A stretch of 64,000 nt of DNA. Origin: Ruditapes philippinarum. Lineage: Eukaryota. This document shows positions 1-11,862 of this stretch, piece by piece. The translations under genes were made by a program, and so were the position numbers. Positions within the stretch are counted from its first letter, which is position 1, and each line of letters opens with the position of its first letter. A model generated the notes under the pieces. The model was not told where the DNA came from. It worked only from the letters and a program-made list of their open reading frames with translations, and searched no databases. Where the stretch lies: assembly GCF_026571515.1 (NCBI RefSeq), contig NW_026858416.1, positions 62,001-126,000 of the forward strand, in the 5' to 3' direction.

Positions 1-688
1 ATCAGATGTCTCAAGGTGTTCAGGCATTGGTAAAAAGACGTTTTGGTTCATTGGTAACTTTGGCGTTCCTTCAGGTATTTCAGTATTTTTTAATTATCAA
101 AAAGGTATATTTGCTGTAAAGTTGCAAATGTAATTTTGTAAACATGTACTTGTAAACAAGCTGATTAATACCACATTAGCTTTCATACTAAGTAACTTAG
201 ACTAAGTAACAGCTAAACGAAACTGTCAATTAGATGCATTTCAAATTTAAGGCATACCAGTTATGCATGAAAATTTAAATTTTGAAAGAACATGGACTCG
301 CCTGAAAAGTATTTCATTACGAATGTTTACTAACCAAAAGGATTTCATGCAATTTCATATTAGAAACTCAATATATTTTATGCTGAGTTAATATGAATGA
401 TATACTGGCAAAAATACATAAAAAGATTTCGTTACACATGTTCAGTCAGACTTTTGTTTTACAAGTCAAACAATTAATGAAAATTGTAGAAAATAAATTA
501 GTCATAAATACGTATATATTAACATATACAAGTAAAATATTATTGTTTCTGTGAATAATTTATATCTTAAAAAATTTGATGTAGATCATTATGAATTTTA
601 TTATTAAAGATCAATTTACATCCAAAAGTTTAAAAAATGTTGCAAGCTTCATTATTGAGCGTGTTCATGGACGGTATTGGAAAGTTCC

Positions 689-929
689 TTTTCATTTTGT
701 TTGGCTTACGGCGTACCAACACAGTTAAGGCAATATGACGCCGAAACAGGAAAGATGATTTGGCTAACCTCTGGTGTTATAAACAAATTACCTCATCTGC
801 AGAACTAAAATGTGCAAAGACTCAAATAATTCGAACGCAGTTAGTCGCCTCTTACGATCACGCAAGGTTTAATGGTCGTGTCAATGCTGATGCCTCAATC
901 AGTGAAGGCAACCCCTAAGCCACAAGAGG
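689..929 (-). mobile_element. Short non-autonomous retroelement with LINE-like 5' motif (GATCGTAAGAGGCGACTAA) and A-rich tail
   Basis: The minus strand reads cctcttgtggcttaggggttgcc...ccttgcgtgatcgtaagaggcgactaa...tattgccttaactgtgttggtacgccgtaagccaaacaaaa. The 3' end resembles the SINE tail at 46067-46124. A second copy is at 63546-63687. Confidence 0.55.
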
Positions 930-2295
930 ATACTGGAAATTGAAAGCTACCTTCCACAACCCTAGCACTGGCTATAACAAAATTCAAAATTTAAAATGTG
1001 ATGTTAAATTTTGATAAATTAAAAAAAATATGCTTATATTTTATGAAAATACTACATTTTATGTGAATAAACAGTAACAGGTTTACTGCCTCTTAACACA
1101 ATAATTAAGGTGTCCCTTTTGCTTACAATGCTTCAATTGCTTCTTGAGAAAGATGTCACTACGTCACTGCTTGATTCAACTTTTAGATAAAAGAAGACTT
1201 TTAAGTACATTTGAAAATTAAAAATGTCTATAAGCATGGCAATGTATATGCTTTAGATCCTGGAAAGGAGTGAAATGTTATGTTTGGTGTTACATATGTT
1301 AACTGGCGTTCATTGAACGCCCCCTTCCTTGATGATCTTGTTATTCATATTTTTTTTGGATATAATATAATAGTTCACATTAAATTATTATCAATCAGTA
1401 AGTTACAAGTGGTATTGTAGCCAATTTAGGATAGTTTACCATATTGAATGGTTTAACTCGACGATACTTATTATAAGTAATGAAAAGTGTACGGAGAAAC
1501 ATGTTTAAAATACCTTAAGCAATATGCCTTTGTTGAATTGAAACTGTAAACTACATTATTAAATGACTACATCTGTAAATGAGAGCAAACAACACATTAT
1601 GTCCCTTTTTACAAATACATGTCATTTTATCAAAACAGTCATGTGAACGTTTAATATCATTGTTATAATATGAAATCACCTCTTATCACTATTATGTCAA
1701 TAAATTGTCAATAATTATGTCAATAAATATGTTCATTTCGCATATATTTATAGAAAATTATTTATAATCAGGTTTAAATCAAAAGGCTATCTTCCGTTAC
1801 ATTATCAGTATTTATACAAAGCAAATGTCCTTTATGGCAGTCATGTACAAACCGTAATACACAATTATACTATTATACATTGCTGCAATGCGTGTTTATT
1901 TTTAAACCGGTTTAAATGTGGTTTCGATTTATCGATCTAAACATAAAAGTAACATGTCAAACATATACAGGAGCCATTGAAACGGTAAAATTTGTAACAA
2001 AAGGTATTTTTATTGAGGTTATTGTGGAATTGTTTTCGTTGAATATATCGTCTAAATTGGGAAATGGAGATTACACTTTCAATCTCATTGTATAAAGTGT
2101 GGCGAAGTTCACAGTTCGTAATGCGAGTTTATCTTTGAACTGGTATGTTAGATTAAAAGTAAAGATAAAAATAGCTCTTTATATGCATAATATTTACAGG
2201 CGTTATTTAAACAGTAACACTTTTAACACAAAGTAGTTTATAATTGAAGTTATTGCTGAATTGTTCTTGTTATGGATATTGTCTTATTTTGAAAA

Positions 2296-3396
2296 ATGGA
2301 GAGTACAGATACATGCGAGCCGTGCAAGGCGCGAGGAAACATAACAAGTGCTTCTAAATACTGCTTTACGTGTCAGGAATCTCATTGTTTAAAGTGTGCC
2401 GAGGTTCACAAAAGCTCCAAAGCTACAAGGACTCATCTTTTAGTTCACATAAACGATATTCAACTGTCGGTGAAGTTAAGCAACGAATTAAAAGCAAAAC
2501 AGACGTGTGGACATCACGCGGGAAAGTATTTAGAATATTTCTGTGTTGATCATAAGGCGTTTTTATGTAGAACGTGTTTACTGATGAAACGACATTGTTC
2601 CAGAATAATACATATGTCTGCACCATATTCACCTGATTTAGAAAGAAAAATGTTTTCTGATAAAATATATGATGAGTTAGATCAAACCATTCTAAAAGCT
2701 AAGTATGCAAAGGAAAAAATTCGAGATGCTGTTGAGAGATCAAAATCTGTAGCTCAGGAAATATCAGATAAGTTCGATGCAATACGAGATAGATTTTTAA
2801 CGCATTTTGAAGAACAAAAATCATATATATTAAATCATGCTAAGAAAAAGATTACTCGACAAACCGACTTGTGCATGCAAATGGTTGATGGTGTAGATGA
2901 ACTTATAACCGAAGCTGAAGGGACTGAGACATTTCTGAAGGAAATTAAAAATGTAGAGCAAAATTGTGACATCGTACACTGGATAAAGCTTAGCATAGAT
3001 AAAATGAAAGAATTAGAAAAAAGAACAGAGGAGATTTGCGAAGAAAATTATATTATCCAAGCAGAATTTGAAAACACATCTTTAGCTGAATCAATTGAAA
3101 AGAAAGAACCTTTCATTAAATGCTCCATTAAAGAAACAAAGTTAAAAATTTCAAATATTTCTGTAAAAACTACCAACAAAGAGGAATTTTATGATTTTTT
3201 ATGTAGCAGAGACATTTTAAGTGAAAAAGGCAAATGTGATGCAGAACGCAACATCAAACAGGTCAAAACGTCTTTGGTTAACAATCCTACAAAAGAAGAA
3301 ACAAAACTTGACAATAAAGAAGCAAGCATTGTCACATCATTGGAGAAAGGTAATGCTGATATTGCCATACCAGTCAATACAGAGACATGTTTATAA
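2296..3396 (+). CDS. RING-less TRIM-like protein: B-box1 + B-box2 + coiled coil, C-terminally truncated (366 aa)
   Basis: CEPC-x12-CFTC-x4-CLKC-x3-H-x8-H (B-box1) and CGHH...FCVDH...CRTC (B-box2) are followed by a long E/K-rich helical segment. The ORF stops just before a decayed propeller. Confidence 0.75.
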   Translation: MESTDTCEPCKARGNITSASKYCFTCQESHCLKCAEVHKSSKATRTHLLVHINDIQLSVKLSNELKAKQTCGHHAGKYLEYFCVDHKAFLCRTCLLMKRHCSRIIHMSAPYSPDLERKMFSDKIYDELDQTILKAKYAKEKIRDAVERSKSVAQEISDKFDAIRDRFLTHFEEQKSYILNHAKKKITRQTDLCMQMVDGVDELITEAEGTETFLKEIKNVEQNCDIVHWIKLSIDKMKELEKRTEEICEENYIIQAEFENTSLAESIEKKEPFIKCSIKETKLKISNISVKTTNKEEFYDFLCSRDILSEKGKCDAERNIKQVKTSLVNNPTKEETKLDNKEASIVTSLEKGNADIAIPVNTETCL

Positions 3397-4165
3397 CAAA
3401 ATGTCTTATTATATACATGCAAGGAAGGTGTTGTGCCACAAATGGAAAATACAAAAAAATGCATGGGTAACAATAACTATGAAAATTTGACATAATAGAT
3501 AAAAATGGTAAGATTACTAATATGAGCGGAATTATGTGTCTTCATGATAGCCGTCTAGTGGAATCTGACAACCTGAACATGAGGGAATAATAGTTTTAAG
3601 TACTTATAATAAAGTCAGTAAATTTATACCAATGGAATTTGATTCTCGATGTTTATCAGTATTCAGCCAAGAAATGTTCATTGTTTAGTGAAGTATCCAA
3701 ATATAATATCATTGACAATAAAAGACAATGACATAAAAATGAAAACATTATCTTGAAACCAGATTTTATCCTAGTGCAGCACATGCAGGTGGGCAGAACC
3801 AAGTGCCAGTCATAGTAAAGGATGAATACTTTATCCTGCATATGGATATTATGAATTTTAAAAGGAGAAGTTATACAGAAATTTTGGATTAACCAAAATG
3901 TAGCCGTGACTACGTACTACACAGCATCAGTAGTAGTAGTCTGATGTTCAGACCTTGATGAAACGATGTTTTTGTTACAAAAGTATTGAAGTTACAAATG
4001 GTTTTACTGATCAAAGATGACATATAAATATTTTGGATATTGTAGGGTAATGGTACTATCATCTATTGCAAAGTTGATTAGCAGTTTTAAGAATTTGTCT
4101 TATGAAAGGGCTTCTTCATTGACAATGGACTTCTCAATGTACTAAATATTTACAAGACTTATAAT
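3397..4165 (+). pseudogene. Decayed NHL-like beta-propeller tail of the TRIM-like gene
   Basis: Fragments in shifting frames: KFDIIDKNGKITNMSGIMCLHDSRLVESDNLNMR (from 3483), GIIVLSTYNKVSKFIPMEFDSRCLSVFSQEMFIV*, MDIMNF/KGEVIQKF, NVLNIYKTY. There are several single-base frameshifts and stops. Confidence 0.7.
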
Positions 4166-4429
4166 CCCGAAAAAAATACATACGTTGAATGTTGTTTTGA
4201 CAGAGTATTGTTGATCTCGTATAAATTTCTTTTTTCTATATATAAAAATATATCAAGTACGAGGGTTGTCCCAATATTCTGTGACAAGATTGAATTAAAG
4301 CTAAATAAAACAGGTACGAATTTGATATTTTGATATGTTATAAACACATTTAATTTAAACGTTTTCACAAATTTTCATAGATAAATATCAACAAACAACA
4401 AAAATATGCCATAAACACCATGGCAACTA

Positions 4430-5100
4430 ACTGAATCGCGGCGCACGTCCAACGTCAAAGACGGCTTTAAATCTATATAAGGCACCTTTCTCAAATACTC
4501 TCAATGGCTTTCAACGCAATAATGGTACCCATCAATCGTCAATTTCTGACATAAATCATGTGGTTGTTAATGTTTGTTGAATGTTTGGATGGCATACATT
4601 AATTTATGCTTACGCGAACTTCCGGTCTCGTTACTCCTGTTTTTAGCTGTAGGAAATAAGCGACGAAGATCGGTCTTCCTATCCGTGTTTTCCTTATTTT
4701 CGCTTTTTGTAGCGCAAAACTCTGGTTCCGTTCATGCCTTTTGTACACAAATGCTCAGAATATGTTGCTAAACTGTTATATTTGGTATATTTGTTGAAAA
4801 TCATTACATGTGTTATCTCGATATAGTCATGAAACCTGAGTGACATGTTCACTGCGCCGCAAATTCTTCGAACGTCGCCATTTTAACTTTCCTATTTTAT
4901 ATGAGATATTTTCATTTATTCGTATCTTTTTCGTTTTTTAAGTTATTTAACTAAAATTTTCAGAGGTGATTTAAACATAGCAGCATAGGAAGTCAACGTG
5001 ACATTTTGCAGACACGTCATCATATGTTTGAAATATACGTAAATAATTTCAGCCTATTCATAACAAAATGTAGATTATTTGACGTGCGCCGGCAACTCAA
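4430..5100. mobile_element. Possible MITE remnant bounded by inverted repeats
   Basis: GGCGCACGTC at 4440-4449 and its reverse complement GACGTGCGCC at 5081-5090, with imperfect extension outward. No TSD identified. Confidence 0.3.
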
Positions 5101-8100
5101 ACCAATGTCGTTAATACTGAAAATTTCTAAGTAACTAGGGTAATTTTTTTGTAAATGATTTGTTGTAATGTTAAATAATAAACTTAACGGTTATATGTGT
5201 GAATTATTTTCTATTGGCGTTAAAAATGAACCGGCTTTAACATTTGACACGGACTTTAGGGACAACCCTCGTATTTTACCTGATTGATTGAAAGTGTTAT
5301 TATTTCTAAACAAGTTTCTGCTTTGGTTGAGATGACAATTAAAAATATAGTGATCGATATCGCCAACAAAATCTAAAAGAGAATCTTCCTCGTTTTTCTT
5401 TATCAATAGAAACACATTAGTGTTTGCCTTTGCTTTTTCAAACAAGAAAGGACCTGGTTACATTTAGCTTATCATTTATCAAATAAGACACTTATCAAAT
5501 GTAGAACATCGATCATGTACCATGACAATGTGACGTCATCCCTGATAAAAATTGATTCAATTAACCTTAATAACATTACATTGCTTATCGGCAATTAATC
5601 GTAATTACATTTTCGCCAACCAACATATGCATTTGTTACAGTTAACATGATATCAAAACCTGTTGCTAAACTTCATGATGTTTGATATAGACAATTAAAC
5701 AGAGTAAACTAAATGATTGCATATTACTAAGGTTGTTAGTAACTCTTAACTTGAAATGAATCGTAAGCGGCCCTTATATGCTATTTGTTTAAAGGTATCT
5801 GGTAAAAAATAGGCATGTTTTTCCGTTTTCAGTAAATTATGACGTAGATTACAATATATACAATAAAAATTGTTTTTGACTGTCCTTATGTGTATGAAAC
5901 GTGATTTAGAAAGACGTTTTCTTCCGTAACGCGATCGGTTATTTCTGCCACCCTTTTCACTGATGACGTATGAATAACCGTTAACTTATATGTCAGCTAT
6001 ACTCATTTTAAAAAAAATGTCCGCTAATACATCAACATGAACTCGCCACTCGTGAGAATACAGTTTTTAAAGCTCACTCGATGAAATAAAAGTTCATCAT
6101 CCACAAAAACGAACAAAAGTATTTTATATATATGGTGATGATTGATTATGAAGGCACTTAAATCTTATAATCTAATTGTAGAATTTTTCACGCGCCTTTT
6201 ATCAGTTATTATAAAATTCAGTTTAAACGTAAAGCTTTCTTTCACTAAATACTTTCTTTTAGAGAAAAAACAACCTTTCTACAAAATTTCTTCACAAACA
6301 ACAATTTAAAGTTATAGAAACTATATCGTTCATAAAGAAAAAAGTACCATAATAGTTATGTTGTAGGCGAACTTACATTCATTTGCCATTTAGACATATT
6401 TATGCATGGAGAAGTTCGATGTACTTTGAATTACAAAGGATGACAACTAACATGAAATAGAGAAAATAAAAATCCCTAAAGAAAGCGCAAAACGACAAAA
6501 TTAAAATTGTTGCAGGCTCGGTTTAATTGAGCCTGTAAATAGACGGTACTGTCAAGTGCAAACTATCTTCCACGCCCCCTAGCACACAGACTTAAATTTT
6601 GGTTTTGTATGACCGTGGTATATTGTTGATGTCGGCATTATTTAAAACATATATATTACACAAAATAAAATAAAACAGATTCAATTGTTGTTTTTTGTTT
6701 GTTTGTTGGTTTTTTATTTTTTTATTTTTTTTTTGTTGTTGTTGTTCTTTTTATGATAAAAGATTTTGCGTGAGAAATGGGATGACATGTATAGTCAAGA
6801 ACATAACTTTAACTTTTTACTAGTTTTTTAGCAATTTGTCATTATCTTCTAATTGTATAAAGTCATCTCATTTATATACTTTTAATTGTTTCCGCGTCCG
6901 CATGTTTACATGTATATAGTAAAGAAAATAATGTAACTTGAAATTATCATATCGTTTACTATTATAATAGTAACAGGAAAATAAAATGTATAACATGAAA
7001 TTTAAGTAATATACAGCGGGCCTCTTGCAGCAGTTCCAAACGTCATGCTTGTTACCACAACTGTTCCACAACCGGCCATGAAATGACTATTTTATTACCT
7101 AATACTTTGCAATCAAACTATAATAAATATTGTACCAATATACAATAGTAACATTTTTACAACTGTTTTGATTGTTTACAACTGAATCCTTGTACACACG
7201 TTTTAATGAATTACTAAAAAAGTTAACCACTACAGTAAGTAGGTAAGCGATGTTCGATAACCGAATAGTGTCGGACGGCGTGAAATAAAATACAACTGAG
7301 TAAGAATATTTCATTGAAATGTATCTGTTATTTTCATCTATGGAGTTTTGTCTTTTTTGTGAATTTGATTGATTACCAATCAAATCCATGGTTAGTATGT
7401 ACTCAAAATAACAACTAAACAGAGAATTATGGAAAATGCACTACAAGTTTAATCTTGTCCATAAAACATTTATATGCTAAAAGCTTTTTTTCATTAAATG
7501 CACTTATTACATCAATTATCACAAAATCCTTTCACTGTTAATTAATTATTCATCGGATGATAATAAAAAGTTTACAGTTCGGTTTAACATCTCGGTATAT
7601 TCAAACATTTGTAGATTAATTAAATAAAAAGCTGTAAATTCAATCCTTTTTGTTTTACATCTACAGGGCGATGAACAGTTTATTACCTATTTCAATTGTT
7701 AACATTAATGTCAGATTCAGCATTATTTATTTCCAAAATGAATGTTTGAAAAGAGCTTTTATGCATACATGAATAACAATTCTCTGGCAAGCTTTTGACC
7801 TTAAGACTTTTTCCTACTCAAGATAGAACAACGGTTTTTATATGATTGTATCAAAATTGCCACAAATTGGCATTGTTCGATTGAAAAAAAATTAATTAAT
7901 ATTATGTCTTCGATCCCTTGCAATAAAATGAACAACATAACAACAACATAAATTTTTATTCTTGTCAGGCTCATATACAGAACAACATGAAAGGAAATTA
8001 ATTTTATACAATGTACTGGAAATAAACATGGTGGCAGTGATGAAACATGTGAATGTACTCAAGACATGTAAAACTCATAGCGGGGTATGGTGGGTACTTT

Positions 8101-8331
8101 GAATTCTTTAAAAATATTTTTCTTGCGTAATCAAGTTATTTTTGTAAACAAATTAGTTCTATTTTAGACTAATGAGAAGTTCTCTGTTCATCTAAAGTTT
8201 TAAATCATGGTTTAATGCTTATATATCGGTGATTTAAATGATTGAATTTACTCCGCAGCACATATGATCGGCACGTATTTAATTTATTAACATTTTCTAT
8301 TGTCTGTTTAGTAGAACTTTAAGGCTTTTAC

Positions 8332-8381
8332 ACTGACTGACTGACTGACTGACTGGTTGGCTGGCTGGCTGGCTGGCTGAC
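8332..8381. repeat. Compound microsatellite (GACT)n(GGCT)n
   Basis: actgactgactgactgactgactggttggctggctggctggctggctgac. Confidence 0.9.
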
Positions 8382-10078
8382 TTAAGTAAAGAAAATCAAA
8401 TCAATCGATGGGGGTTATATTATTTAATTTCTTTTTATTTTTTTTTTATCGATCGTTCATATATCAATATTATCAGAGGCCTTATTTGTACATGTATATC
8501 AGAGGCCTCATTTGCTCATGTTTAACACTATAAAATTGTTTTTTTTATAAAATGACTTTATGAAAAATTATAACTTTCAAATTAAAGCGAAATACAATAT
8601 GTAACAAATAAATTAACGTTAAAGAGATACCATTTACAGAGCAAAAAAAGTATTGTTTTTTAATAATAAGAGTATAAATAAGAATTTTTTTTTTTTTTAA
8701 ATGCTTAGTCCTCCGTAATCAAGAGTAGGATCAAGGCACAGGCTCACTCTCTCTGGACCAAACACTAGGGGAAAGTATCTTGACTTTAGCACCCTAAGAT
8801 GCATCAGAAGACATATGCTGATATTTATTTCTTCCTGAAATTGGAATACATATCCTACACGCCCTCTTGAATTTAAAAACTATTATAATTATTATTACCC
8901 CCCCCCCCCCTAGACGAAACTTTGGTCCATGATTAAAGATTAACATGCCTAAGAAAACCAAGTGTCTTAGTCGGTCTCATACCCTCCCTCTAGCAAGTAC
9001 TACAAAGTTACCAAATATTAAATGCTTTTAACGGACGTACTTTTACGTTTCAAACGTATCGTGTAAGCTTATGTTGCATAAAAACGATCTCATAACATAT
9101 ATTCAATGTTTTTCAATGAAATTTAATACTTTCAATTAATACTACTGTGAATACACAAGTATCCTCATAGTGCGAGCACTTTTTTATGATATTAGGCGAA
9201 AGAATTATAAAGATCTAATAATCTATTTCTCTATTTCAATATTGTGTTAACTTACGTTGAAGGTTATATCTCTAATATATGAAATGTTAAACAAACACTC
9301 GTGCTGTAACAAAATACCTTTCATACCAAAAAGTATAAGGTATTCATTACCTTTTCTTACTGAAATCGGTTGAATCTAAATAGGGGAAAATACTTTAAGT
9401 GACATTATGCCTATTCATACCGTTATGCAGGTTCAAAATAACTTGACATTTAATCAGATTTGTTTCCGATTTTGTAATAAACGTCAAAACATCTAAAAAT
9501 ATCCTGAATTTATCGTCAAGAGTCAATTATGAAAAGAGAAGGACAGACATTTTTATATTTTTAGACAGTTTTAATATGTTATCCTAAATATTAGTGAATA
9601 TAAATACCTGTATTAATTAATGGCCATTATTGTCTTTATCTATTTAAATAAGTATTGTAGCTCAATTTGACCGTGACAAAATGAGCATGTCACTTTAACA
9701 AGTTAACTTTATAACTCTTACAATACTTTTGATTCTAAAATTGTCTTTAAAAATACGAAAATAACAAACTTGAGTTTTAAGTAGATACTTACATAGAAAT
9801 GTAACTTTACACATAGCAAAGAAACGTTTATAATTAGTACATAGGAAAACGAATTAGAAAACCCCGAGTCACAGCAAGCAATGTTTTTTCTTTATTGTAT
9901 CTTCATAAACAACGCTAATAATATCTCATTTTGTATCTTTCAATGTAAAAAAGATAAAAGTGTCAGCATCTTGGATTTTCAAAATTATTCTCTTACTTTG
10001 TCACAGAAAGTAAAAGTATATCGATATGCATTTCCTCAAAAGATGCCCCTGTATTGTTGAAACCTCAATGGGGGAATT

Positions 10079-10136
10079 CGTCGCCATACGGCCTATACTG
10101 TGTTAGTGTGACGAAAAATCAAACCAAAAACGAAAC
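10079..10136 (+). mobile_element. SINE 3' tail fragment
   Basis: cgtcgccatacggcctatactgtgttagtgtgacgaaaaatcaaaccaaaaacgaaac matches the 3' end of the SINE at 45851-46124. Confidence 0.7.
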
Positions 10137-10137
10137 T

Positions 10138-11862
10138 TCATGACGGACAAGTATAAACATGTATTTTGTCATTTTGCCACACAACAACTATTAATCTATC
10201 GCTTGTCTTCTCATGACACAAGGAAGTTGGGCTGTTCTTCATAAACAAATCATCCCTTCCAATTTGTTTCGCATCCTTTCGATGTATATCAACTTGCATC
10301 ACCCTGTCAGAATTTGTCTCGGTCACAAAAATGTATCCTAGATGGCCAAGACACAGCCTTTGAGGTTGACATAAATTTTCCGATATGATTTCAACAACGG
10401 TTCCATGTTTGTCAAGAACCACTATTCCTTTCTTCTCGTCAGCGCAATAAATAATGTCTCCTTCTGTGCTTACACACATGTCCTTAATATTGGCAACATT
10501 TTCTGGTTTGAATTTTAAAATATCTTGGCCTATATCGCTATAGACCTCAATTGTGTCAGAAGTGCATGCCCACATTTCATTTGAAACCCAGACAATACAT
10601 CTAAACAAACGTTTGATTTCAAACATTTTCTTAATGTCAATGTCTAAGTCGCTTTTTAAATCTATTGAATGAAATCCATTGTTTATACATTTATACATGC
10701 GATGATAACCTTGTTTTCTTTAACGAAGCGCATCAAGTATGGATTACTGGGTAATCTGTGAGAAACAATAATGTTTAAAGTTTCTTCATTCATTATTTTG
10801 AGTTCACAGTTTTCAGAGTCAGCTAGTAGCAGTTTTTTATTGTCCAGCTGTACTATTCCTGTAATAGCACAAGCCTTTGAATCAGAACGAATTTGTGTTG
10901 AATACATTCCGTACTTTTGAAGTTTACCCTCAGATTTACATCGCTGCTGCTGTGTTCTTAATTCTTGTGCTATGCCTAGATAGTAATTGTCCTTGTAAAA
11001 ACCTTTGCTAACAAGTTGATTACCTTGGTTGAAAGTTTTTCGACTATCACTTCCGCCTGTTGATATAGCTGACATGTCTTTAAACATATGTGTTCCTTTC
11101 TTCTGATCATCATCCTTGTGAACCTTCGAAGGTAGTTGTGGCATTTCGGACGTTTTAAGTGTTCGGAGTTTGTCCGCTTGTAGTCGTAAATTTCTGTTAA
11201 ACAATGCACAAAAGTAATTATTGATTGAGTTATCAGAACGAAAAGTGTTTAATAATAATTTAGAAATGTATTCATGTCCAAAACTATGAATGGAGTTAAT
11301 CATGAATTTAAAAAAGTCTTCAAAACGCCATACACTTCATTTACAAAAAGACCTTAACATAAATTACATTTGCATATTTTTTATCAAATACAACTTATGT
11401 TATTTGAATTAACAAAACATACCCTTCACTTTCCACAGATAATGTGACAACATCATGGTCATCAAACCAATAGTTGTGATCTTTTAGACAAACATAGCAC
11501 ATATATTGACGTTCTTCGCTGCAGCTTCGGCAGAAATGGGTTGATACTTTTGTTTTGCACTTTAAGCATTGTTCTGCTATATTGTCATTGCTTAAGTTTA
11601 CCTCCGTTCTACTTTCTGTACCAATCCAGGGTAAATGATTTGTTTCGTCCGCCATTTCGTGACAGACATCGCCTTTTTTACTCCGAGATCCTTCGACAGT
11701 TAGAACTGAACTTGATATTGACCGTCTGCTGTTTTCACGGGAAGGTTTTGAAGACAGATGTCCACGGACGGAAGCAAACATACATGACTTTTCCTCATTT
11801 TCATCTTCATTTGAATCAACTTTATCGTCAACATTTGGATCTTCGTGATCATGAGTTGCCAT
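10138..11862 (-). pseudogene. Paralogue A: B-box1 + six-bladed NHL-like beta-propeller gene; exons 11862-11423 and 11193-10138; frameshifted
   Basis: ATG at 11862 (MATHDHEDP), donor GAAGG|GTATGT and acceptor AACAG|AAATTTA are homologous to copies B-E. An 8-bp tandem duplication (TTATACAT x2 at 10683-10698) breaks exon 2; without it the CDS is 1488 nt. Confidence 0.8.

Noticed and set aside
2296-3396. Assigning a vertebrate symbol such as TRIM71, TRIM45 or TRIM56
   Set aside because: No RING or filamin domain; lineage-specific B-box genes cannot be given orthology from sequence alone.
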